Source: Gemmatimonadota bacterium (GTDB lineage: Bacteria; JBHIER01; G020348925). From it: DNA of 64,000 nt. A model generated the notes under the pieces. It was not told the DNA's origin and made no database searches. It saw nothing but the letters and a program-made list of their open reading frames with translations. The translations under genes were made by a program, and so were the position numbers. Location of the stretch: NCBI GenBank assembly GCA_020348925.1, contig CP070758.1:3859688-3923687 (forward strand), given 5' to 3'. This document shows, piece by piece, positions 43,947-51,728 of this stretch. Positions within the stretch are counted from its first letter, which is position 1, and every line of letters starts with the position of its first letter.

Positions 43947-45371
43947 CTACCCAATTCTCTTTACCTCTACAAAACCTTCAAACCGCAGTCTGTTCACAAA
44001 TTGTACAACGTCGTGTAAAATATCGTTTCGCGGTATCGCGATATTGGGCTTTTTGGGCTCAACTGCCGACGCGAGATCCGCAAAAGAAGGCGTGCCTGTA
44101 TGGATCATTTCCCATATCCTTTTTCCTACAGGGTTCAATTGAAACGTTCGCTTCAGGGTATAGTCGGAGGTGACGCTCCACACCTCTAACACATCATCGG
44201 TCACGTTCCACATGAGATCTCTTTTCAAGGCTGGAAAGAGCTCCTCCGGGGGACCCATATTCTCGCAGTGCAACGACAGTTTTCCCATTGCCTCGGCTGC
44301 GACCCGACAGTTTTCCAGGGCCTCCTCCCCGAGGAGTAACACACTCAGTGGACATAACTTACAAACTTCCGAATAGTCACAGTCCGGGCATATATCGGCA
44401 CGTTTGTTCGTATTCGTATCCCTGACAAACTGCTGCACCCGTGCATAGTACGGGGATTTCGTTATATCTTGGAGTGAATGGGTCCGAACATTCCATCCCC
44501 GAACTTTGAAGATATCGAGGGCCGTCACTTTTTGGGCGGATAACCAAGAACTGCACGGATACAAATCTCCGTTCGGCTTCATAAAATAGCTCCCCTCCAG
44601 AAGAGCGCAGCTCGGATAAATAACAGGAAAATCAGTACCATGTTTCACGTTATAAAAGGTAATTTCTCTAGGGGAACTTCCCTTGAGAAACAGACGTGTT
44701 CCGCCTTTGAACTCAAGGGAACGTGCAATCATGCGATCCACCGCCCAGAAAATCTCTCTTCTTGAAGTGATGAGTTCCCCCTTGTGGACGCGTCCGCGTC
44801 CCAACGGAGCGGCGACACCGATATAGAGTCGATCCACCCCCAGATCGTTGCACACTTCAACCATATCGATACAATGAGCCTTGTTCGCGTTTGACAGCGT
44901 GAAACTGACGAAGACATCGACCTGCTTGAACTCGGCTTCATTGCGCTCAACACACATACGGATCGCATCGATCACTTCAGCAAACACTCCCTCACCTCTC
45001 ATGCGATCATTGTCCTCGGCCCTTGCCCCATCGAGACTGAAATACAGAGCGGATACTCCGGAATTCAACAGTTCATGCACCTGTTTTTCATTGCGAAGGA
45101 GCGTGCCGTTCGTACACAAGGTACAGATAAGGCCTTTGCGTGCGGCATACTGTAGTATGGAAACGAGATCCCTGCGAATAAGCGGCTCCCTCCCCTGTAT
45201 CGCGATACTTCTGACACCTTCCTCGACAAAGACATCGATCGCTCTTTGAGCTTGCTCCGTGTCCAAATCCCTCATGTTGTTGTACACGTCGGCCGTAAAA
45301 CAATGTCGACAACTCAAATTACACTTTCCTGTGATATCCCAATTCATGTGGGTAATACGATTCATTTTCAT
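43947..45371 (-). CDS. radical SAM/SPASM enzyme with C-terminal PqqD/RRE domain
   Basis: CNLSCRHC; SPASM cysteines SC...NGDLYPC...CPDCDYSEVCKLCP...C; C-terminal LNPVGKRIWEMI...DVVQFVNRLRFEGFV. ATGA overlap with the upstream gene. Confidence 0.9.
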   Translation of the reverse strand: MKMNRITHMNWDITGKCNLSCRHCFTADVYNNMRDLDTEQAQRAIDVFVEEGVRSIAIQGREPLIRRDLVSILQYAARKGLICTLCTNGTLLRNEKQVHELLNSGVSALYFSLDGARAEDNDRMRGEGVFAEVIDAIRMCVERNEAEFKQVDVFVSFTLSNANKAHCIDMVEVCNDLGVDRLYIGVAAPLGRGRVHKGELITSRREIFWAVDRMIARSLEFKGGTRLFLKGSSPREITFYNVKHGTDFPVIYPSCALLEGSYFMKPNGDLYPCSSWLSAQKVTALDIFKVRGWNVRTHSLQDITKSPYYARVQQFVRDTNTNKRADICPDCDYSEVCKLCPLSVLLLGEEALENCRVAAEAMGKLSLHCENMGPPEELFPALKRDLMWNVTDDVLEVWSVTSDYTLKRTFQLNPVGKRIWEMIHTGTPSFADLASAVEPKKPNIAIPRNDILHDVVQFVNRLRFEGFVEVKRIG

Positions 45372-46069
45372 ATCCTCTGCTGTCCCCGCTGCGTGAACCA
45401 CCGACTAAAAATGATCACATCCTTTTTCGGTCCAAATTCATCTCGGAGCGTCGACTCTTTTGAAAAACCGTTGTGGATAAAGAAATCGCAGATTCTTCTA
45501 ATACCTTTTGAACGTTTCACCACAAGCCCTTTCACCTTGGTACATTCCACAAGGGCAACACCGGGAAGACAGTCGAAAGCAAAATTGAGAAGTGCTGACA
45601 AAATAGGGTGAGGGACGGTCTTCGGGTACAAACTGAGAATCAGCTCAAGGACCGCTGCTCGGTAAGAATACTGAGGAAGAGGGAATCTGAAACTCAGAAG
45701 CGCTGAGGGCGTATCGCACTTTCGCAACAGGAAAAAAGCGGCGGTGTACTTAAACAAATGCGATCTGATATCAGTTTCTGAGTATGCTCCCAGCGGTAAT
45801 GAGGGGCTTACGTAAAAGGGAAGGTTGGGAGCACCTCTCGAATTCGAACGAAAAAACCCGAACAAGCTCATAAAGTATGCAATGTCATCGATATCCTCTT
45901 CACGGGCCAGGGCAACTGTGACGTCGTTCCCCAAACTCCGCTCAAACAATTCCTCGCGGTCTACTCCGTGAGGACCGTACGTCTTGATATGATGATCCTG
46001 ACTGAATTGAGGCATAATGTTTCCCCTTTCTGCATCACATGTACGACAATCGGCTTGGGACAACTTCAT
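45368..46069 (-). CDS. GNAT-like protein, RRE-less paralogue of 43038-43937
   Basis: AREEDIDDI/ATEEDVGEI, PFYVSP/PFYENP, YSETDIR/YDETVIR, CTKVK in both, and GFSKESTLRDEFG..KDVIIFSRW. Confidence 0.72.
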   Translation of the reverse strand: MKLSQADCRTCDAERGNIMPQFSQDHHIKTYGPHGVDREELFERSLGNDVTVALAREEDIDDIAYFMSLFGFFRSNSRGAPNLPFYVSPSLPLGAYSETDIRSHLFKYTAAFFLLRKCDTPSALLSFRFPLPQYSYRAAVLELILSLYPKTVPHPILSALLNFAFDCLPGVALVECTKVKGLVVKRSKGIRRICDFFIHNGFSKESTLRDEFGPKKDVIIFSRWFTQRGQQRI

Positions 46070-47115
46070 TCGTGCCCAGCCTCAAACGGATTCTCATCAA
46101 TCAGATCAATGAACAGACAATCATCATAGAACACCGTCGGTGTGTCGGGATCAATTTTTCCAAAATCCGGAACACTTCGTATGCGACGAGCGAGTTTCCT
46201 GACGATCGAGAGGCTCCAGGCGCGACCGAGCCCTGCATCCCAATACGACTTCAATGAATGCTTGCGGATATTTCCGAGAGAGAGCGGCAAATAGGGCGAA
46301 ACCGTAATGTTACCGTCCGCACATATTGTCACGAAGGGGCAAAAACCGTCCGCCTTGTTTCGAAAGTGTATGAGATGTTCAACAGGATCACCCCACTCGA
46401 CCCTCATATCTTGGCAACCATTCAGGATCTGTATCTTCTGTATCAATGTGCGATATTCGTAAGGTGTCGGCACAATCTTCTCCTGGTTCGGCAGAGCCCG
46501 TCCCAAAATCATCAGTGGCTGTATCCGAACCAGACCCACACCGCGTTTTTTAACCAGATCGACCACGTCTTCGATCTCGCCGATGTTGAATTTTGTCGGT
46601 GTAAAGGCGACGCCCACTCTAATGTTTTCACGGCGAAGATTGTCAATCGAATGAAGTGCTTTTTGAAATGATCCGGGGGCCAGTCTCAGCTGCTCATGGG
46701 TGGATGCTCGCGAACCGTCCAGGCTGACCTGAACCTGGTACACGCCAACGTCCCTCAATCGTCTCGCCCTTTGACGGGTCAAAAGCAGACCGTTGGTCAC
46801 CAGAGAGGCTTTTATCCCCGCAGTTCTCAGTATTTCAAAGCCTTCGTACAAAAGTGATTCTCGTAAGAACGGTTCGCCCCCGCAGAAACAGAATGAATAT
46901 GGTTTTAAGTATCGTATATCCTCATCTAAAAATCGAATCACCTCTTCATCGGAGAGCTCTTTTCTCCTGTCCCCTCTCTCCCCGCTCAAATTGAAGCAAT
47001 GCAAACACCGCATGTTACACCGATACGTGATATCATACGCGATGTGAAGAGGTCCTCTTTGAACCCTGGCATCTTTCGAGAGCGGTACATCCTTGATCGT
47101 CAACGTATCGTTCAT
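46066..47115 (-). CDS. radical SAM enzyme with truncated/degenerate Twitch domain
   Basis: CNMRCLHC, CGGEPFL, VTNG, QVSLDG; C-terminal CPFVTICADGNITVSPYLP..GN. Confidence 0.9.
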   Translation of the reverse strand: MNDTLTIKDVPLSKDARVQRGPLHIAYDITYRCNMRCLHCFNLSGERGDRRKELSDEEVIRFLDEDIRYLKPYSFCFCGGEPFLRESLLYEGFEILRTAGIKASLVTNGLLLTRQRARRLRDVGVYQVQVSLDGSRASTHEQLRLAPGSFQKALHSIDNLRRENIRVGVAFTPTKFNIGEIEDVVDLVKKRGVGLVRIQPLMILGRALPNQEKIVPTPYEYRTLIQKIQILNGCQDMRVEWGDPVEHLIHFRNKADGFCPFVTICADGNITVSPYLPLSLGNIRKHSLKSYWDAGLGRAWSLSIVRKLARRIRSVPDFGKIDPDTPTVFYDDCLFIDLIDENPFEAGHE

Positions 47116-47336
47116 AACGTCCCACCCTCACGACTGTTTCTCTTCAACATGACGCATCCTGTTTCTCAGTATTTTGAGGAAAAGGATCTTCATGGGATCC
47201 TGAAGGGATCTCGTTCCAGATCGGTCTCTCCGCCTGACTGCGAGTTCTAGCTCAACAGATCTGTACCTTCGATCAGTTTTTCTTCAGAAGCATGAATGCA
47301 GTTTTCTTTTCCTCCCCAGGTAAAAAACGTATCTCA

Positions 47337-47365
47337 AAGATGAAGAAATAAGATCTCTCTGTCAA
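47337..47365 (-). promoter_or_regulatory. possible promoter of the radical SAM/RiPP operon
   Basis: TTGACA-17 nt-CATCTT (weak -10). Confidence 0.4.
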
Positions 47366-47401
47366 CAGGAAAGCAATGGACATTTTGAGAAAATTCATGG
47401 G

Positions 47402-47803
47402 CTAATTGAGATGCTCATGCTGTGAGTCGTCTTTGTTTGTTTTATACTCCAGGGGAGGGACACCGACATACTTTTTAAACATCTTTGAGAAATGAGAAGG
47501 ATCTCGAAAGCCAACCTCAAAGGATACTTCCTTGACGCTCAAATTCGTTTTCTGAAAAAGCTCCTTGGCCCCTTCTAATTTTGTCTGGATTAAAAAATGT
47601 CCGATGGATTGACCTGTTTTATTCTTGAATTTTTTTCGCAGACAGTGATACCCAAGGCCCAGGGCATCCGCCACATCGTGGGCCGAAACCATTTTCCCGT
47701 AATAGCACCGGATATAGATTCTCGCGGACTCAGCTTCCAATTTCTGCGAGAGCAACTGTTCGATGACTTCGTCGGTGCTTTCGGACATCTTTTCGTCGGA
47801 CAT
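47402..47803 (-). CDS. stand-alone AraC/XylS HTH transcription regulator
   Basis: LRKKFKNKTG..IGHFL...AKELF..TNLSVKEVSFEVGFRDPSHFSKMFKKYVGVPPLEY; no sensor domain. Confidence 0.88.
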   Translation of the reverse strand: MSDEKMSESTDEVIEQLLSQKLEAESARIYIRCYYGKMVSAHDVADALGLGYHCLRKKFKNKTGQSIGHFLIQTKLEGAKELFQKTNLSVKEVSFEVGFRDPSHFSKMFKKYVGVPPLEYKTNKDDSQHEHLN

Positions 47804-48461
47804 CCTTCACAGATCCTCCAACCGTTTCTGTCGGCCCAGGGTCATTGTCGAGATCGATTGTGCAGACATAATGAAGCCCGTTAGGACCCAAAGGTATCTC
47901 ACAATTACGTCCATTATGAGGTCCGGTTTTGGTTGATACCGACACACATCGATCTCCCACAGAAACCAATATCCTGTACCGGCGAGATCCGACACTCTAT
48001 TCATCGAAAAGTTCACTTTTCCTCTCTTCGCCAAAAGTAATATGAAGACTATTTCTTGTCAAGGATTTTTTATTCGTCCGATATCGAGGAAAATATAAAA
48101 AGCCTTCTTTGACTCGACCTCAAACTCAACGGGGACTATTCTTGCCAATGTCGAAGACACATTCATCAGATTAAAGAGAACCTGTCTCCTTTTCCGGTGT
48201 CACTCCGAAAGTACCATGCTGAGATACAATATTTTTTCGTCAAGGACACCGTGACCCCCGGGGCCCGTCCAAATGGTGTGCAACAAGAATTCAAAGAAGA
48301 CATCTTCAAATACAAGATCATTGTACGGTCTGTGGTGTAACTAAAGAAAATTCAAGTCACGTTTCAACATCTGGATCCATTTCCACACACTGCATGTGCA
48401 TGGCCTCATGGGAACCCGCCCACCTTTTTTGCATTCCCTGCTAAAAAAATTATTTTTTGAA

Positions 48462-48482
48462 ACTATTCTAATATAAAATAGT
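48462..48482. promoter_or_regulatory. candidate PadR operator
   Basis: Inverted repeat ACTATT-N9-AATAGT ~40 nt upstream of the PadR gene. Confidence 0.5.
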
Positions 48483-48523
48483 CTAAAGAGAAATATTTAA
48501 TTTTGGAACTTTGAAAGGAAAAA

Positions 48524-49087
48524 ATGATGTCGAAGAACGAACTGGCTATTCTCGGGCTGTTGAACGAGAGGCCGATGTACGGGTATCAGATCAATCAGGA
48601 GATTAAAGAACGCCAGATGGACCACTGGGCCAAGATTACCCTGCCTTCAATTTATCACTCGTTGACAAAGCTGGCGGAGTCGGGCATGGTCAGGATGGAG
48701 ACGGCAAAAGTGGGGAAGATGCCAGAGCGTCGTGTTTATTCCATCACATCAAAAGGCAAAGCCATGCTGGCCGATTTGGTCGAAAAATTCCTGACGTGCA
48801 AAGAAGAGCCGAACAGGCCTTTCTATTTAGGTGTGGCCTTCGTCTGCGGTCTCTCGAAAGAGCGTACGCTTGCCGCCCTAAAAAAGCGGATGGAACTTCT
48901 TATCCAGCACCTCTCCGATCTGAAAGGGATACATGACGAATATAAAGGGAAAATCCCCTTCAACTGGTTTATGATTATTGAACATGGTCTCAAGCATTTG
49001 ACTTTTGAACAAAAACTGATACAACGTCTTATTCAGAAAATAGAGTCAATTTCCGAGTGGAGTGAAGCAACTGGTCACAAAGGATGA
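48524..49087 (+). CDS. PadR family transcriptional regulator
   Basis: ILGLLNERPMYGYQI...SIYHSLTKL...RRVYSITSKGK. Confidence 0.93.
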   Translation: MMSKNELAILGLLNERPMYGYQINQEIKERQMDHWAKITLPSIYHSLTKLAESGMVRMETAKVGKMPERRVYSITSKGKAMLADLVEKFLTCKEEPNRPFYLGVAFVCGLSKERTLAALKKRMELLIQHLSDLKGIHDEYKGKIPFNWFMIIEHGLKHLTFEQKLIQRLIQKIESISEWSEATGHKG

Positions 49088-49106
49088 TAGAAAAAGGAAG
49101 AGGAAC

Positions 49107-50498
49107 ATGAGGAGTATGCATAACTCTATACGAGACGCATCGCTTATATTTTTGCTCTTTTGTCTTCTTTTATCTCTTACTGTTCAACCTTGTGCAGCCC
49201 AAAAAAACAAGATCGCATTGGAAAAGGCCATCGATATTGCGCTGCGTCAAAATCCCGCCCTTCAGAGTGCGGCATATAATCTCAAAGCAGCCGGTTGGGA
49301 GGTGAAGAGATCGTATTTCAACCTTTTACCAAACGTGGATGTTGAGTTCGGGTATAACCGTCTCGATAATGCCACCGTGCGCCGGGCCAATGTCTTTTAC
49401 GATGTGGGGAGAGAATATTTTGCTGATTTCCCCGGAGTCGATCCCGATGACATTCGGCCGAGTGCCTGGCTGAACTCGTATGGAACCCGAATCAATGTCA
49501 TCCAACCGATTTACAATGGTGGTGCCAACTGGGCAGGGGTGAGCATGTCAATAGCTTCCAAGACCCAACAGAAGCATTCCCTTGATGAAACGAAGCAGGA
49601 TATTATCTTCAGGGTGCAGGAGTCGTATTTCAACGTGTTGAAGGCCCAGGAGATGGTTGCTCTCATGAAAGAGACCCTGCAGTCTACACAAGAGCATTTG
49701 AACACAACCAGAAGAATGATGGAGGTGGGGCTGCGCAGCCGTGCCGACGAGCTGCGCTGGGAAGTTCAACTGGCTGACGATGAGGGAAACCTCATTACTG
49801 TCGAAAACCAACTGGCCATTGCTGAGACCGCCCTAAAAAACGTGATGGGAGTCGAGTATGAGGAACACTTCGAACTGGAACCGATTCAGGGAATGCCCCG
49901 GGATGATATCGAGCCAATTCAAACTTTGATTGACACAGCCATGGATTATCACCCAGGTATCCAAGCCATGGAATCCGCCGTCGATATCCAGAGAGCTGAT
50001 GTTCGATTGGCCTGGGCAGGATTTCAGCCCAAAGTCAATTTTATTTACAGTTACGGCTGGGAACGAAACAACACCCTGGCCCTGGACAGCTTCGAAGACT
50101 GGAGCGCATCCGTCTCCGTGGACATCCCCATCTTTCACAGCTTTTCAGAATACGCCTCGTTGAAAAGGGCAAAAGCCCACCTCAAAAGTGTCCAACAGGC
50201 CGAGGAGGAGTACCGCCGAGCCGTTGCCATGCAGTTGACGAATGCCTCCCTCAACGTGAAATCGGCCTTTAAGAAGGTCACTATTGCCCAAAAGGCCGTC
50301 GAGGGGGCGGCAGAAAACCTGCGCATTATTGAAAATAAGTACGAAGTCGGTATGGCCTCGAACGTAGAAGTGATCGATGTCCAGGTGGCTTACACCGGAG
50401 CGAAGGTAAATGCCATCAATGCACTCTACGACTATCACATTGCGAAGGCGGACCTGGAAAAATCGATGGGGACGATCGGAACATCCGACATCAGATGA
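49107..50498 (+). CDS. TolC family outer membrane efflux protein
   Basis: Signal peptide, LEKAIDIALRQNP, QPIYNGG, two OEP repeats and YEVGMASNVEVID. Confidence 0.92.
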   Translation: MRSMHNSIRDASLIFLLFCLLLSLTVQPCAAQKNKIALEKAIDIALRQNPALQSAAYNLKAAGWEVKRSYFNLLPNVDVEFGYNRLDNATVRRANVFYDVGREYFADFPGVDPDDIRPSAWLNSYGTRINVIQPIYNGGANWAGVSMSIASKTQQKHSLDETKQDIIFRVQESYFNVLKAQEMVALMKETLQSTQEHLNTTRRMMEVGLRSRADELRWEVQLADDEGNLITVENQLAIAETALKNVMGVEYEEHFELEPIQGMPRDDIEPIQTLIDTAMDYHPGIQAMESAVDIQRADVRLAWAGFQPKVNFIYSYGWERNNTLALDSFEDWSASVSVDIPIFHSFSEYASLKRAKAHLKSVQQAEEEYRRAVAMQLTNASLNVKSAFKKVTIAQKAVEGAAENLRIIENKYEVGMASNVEVIDVQVAYTGAKVNAINALYDYHIAKADLEKSMGTIGTSDIR

Positions 50499-50572
50499 GA
50501 ATACCAGATAGTAGATTGTTGCGAATGGCATTTTGTCGATTGGATTTTGGATTATACATCACGGAGGACGTA

Positions 50573-51685
50573 ATGAAAATGAGAGATATTGTACTGCTGT
50601 TATGTGCACTTTTGATCGTCACTTTGATAAACTCCTGCACCCGCTCAGAAAATGCATCTCACGAGCAGACGAACATGGCTCAAGAGAACGTGAAGGTCGT
50701 TCCTGTGGAGATCTTTCACGTGCGTCCCGGGAACATGACACAGTCCATTACAGCGACCGGAACGATCAGACCCTTCCGACAAGCGTACGTCGCCTCCGAG
50801 GCTTCGGGAAGAATCACCCGCGTGAATTTTGAAGTTGGCCAACACGTTGAGATCGGCGAACTCCTCGTGCAGCTGGACGAGGAACTCTTAAGCTTGGGTG
50901 CAGATCAGGCGGAGGCTCAGAAAATGCAAGCCAAAGCCACATACGAAAAGGCGGTAAAAGACCTTGAACGCAACGAGAAACTCTACTCTGAGGGCAGTAT
51001 TACAGAATTTGAATTGGAAACAGCCCGCGTAAACGAACAGGTGAGTAAGTCCAACTATCTTTTAGCCGAAGCCAGCTTAAAGATGGCCAAACGCCAGCTC
51101 TCAGACACGCGCATTGCGAGCCCGATCAGCGGGGAGGTCGCGGAACGCTCGGTCGATGTCGGCGAGACGGTTGCTCCCGGTACACCTGTGGTAAAAATCG
51201 TAGAGACTGACCGTCTGAGAGTGAACATCGGTCTCTCGGCAGAGCAGATTGTGAAAGTGCGTAAAGGACAAGGTGTGGAGCTGACCGTCGAGGCCTATCC
51301 CGGTATACCCTTTGAAGGGAAGGTGTTCACGGTTGGACCGGAGGCAAGCCCTGATACGAGAACATTCCCTGTGGAAATTCTAATCCAGAACTCCAGAGAT
51401 CATCCGCTCAAAGCAGGCATGGTGGCTCGTGTGAGGGTGGCTGTCGAGGTGATTAAAGATGTCCCCCTCATTCCCCGTGATGCGATCCTCGAGCGCTCGG
51501 GGGAATATATTGCCTATGTCGTAAACGGTGATGAAGCAACAAAGCGAACCCTCGACATTGGAGCCCAAGCTCCAGACATGATCGAGATACGCGAGGGTAT
51601 CGCCATAGGTGAGGATGTCGTCGTCGTGGGTCAGGAGAACCTCAGTGACGGTACCAAAGTAACCGTCCAGAATAATATAAAATAA
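50573..51685 (+). CDS. RND efflux periplasmic adaptor (lipoprotein)
   Basis: Lipobox LINSC, SEASGRI, IASPISGEV, TRTFPVEI and LKAGM motifs. Confidence 0.92.
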   Translation: MKMRDIVLLLCALLIVTLINSCTRSENASHEQTNMAQENVKVVPVEIFHVRPGNMTQSITATGTIRPFRQAYVASEASGRITRVNFEVGQHVEIGELLVQLDEELLSLGADQAEAQKMQAKATYEKAVKDLERNEKLYSEGSITEFELETARVNEQVSKSNYLLAEASLKMAKRQLSDTRIASPISGEVAERSVDVGETVAPGTPVVKIVETDRLRVNIGLSAEQIVKVRKGQGVELTVEAYPGIPFEGKVFTVGPEASPDTRTFPVEILIQNSRDHPLKAGMVARVRVAVEVIKDVPLIPRDAILERSGEYIAYVVNGDEATKRTLDIGAQAPDMIEIREGIAIGEDVVVVGQENLSDGTKVTVQNNIK

Positions 51686-51728
51686 TGTTTCTTCTCTTCT
51701 TTGTGACAGCCTTTCACTGGAGCCAACT

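Noticed and set aside
43947-47115. Radical SAMs as activases for the glycyl radical enzyme
   Set aside because: They have SPASM/Twitch/RRE features, lack the PflA-type GCxxxCxxCxN context, and lie 40 kb away.
47807-48034. 75-aa ORF upstream of the AraC gene as a split sensor domain
   Set aside because: No motif, and its start overlaps a likely promoter (TTGACA at 48057-48062, TACTTT at 48034-48039).
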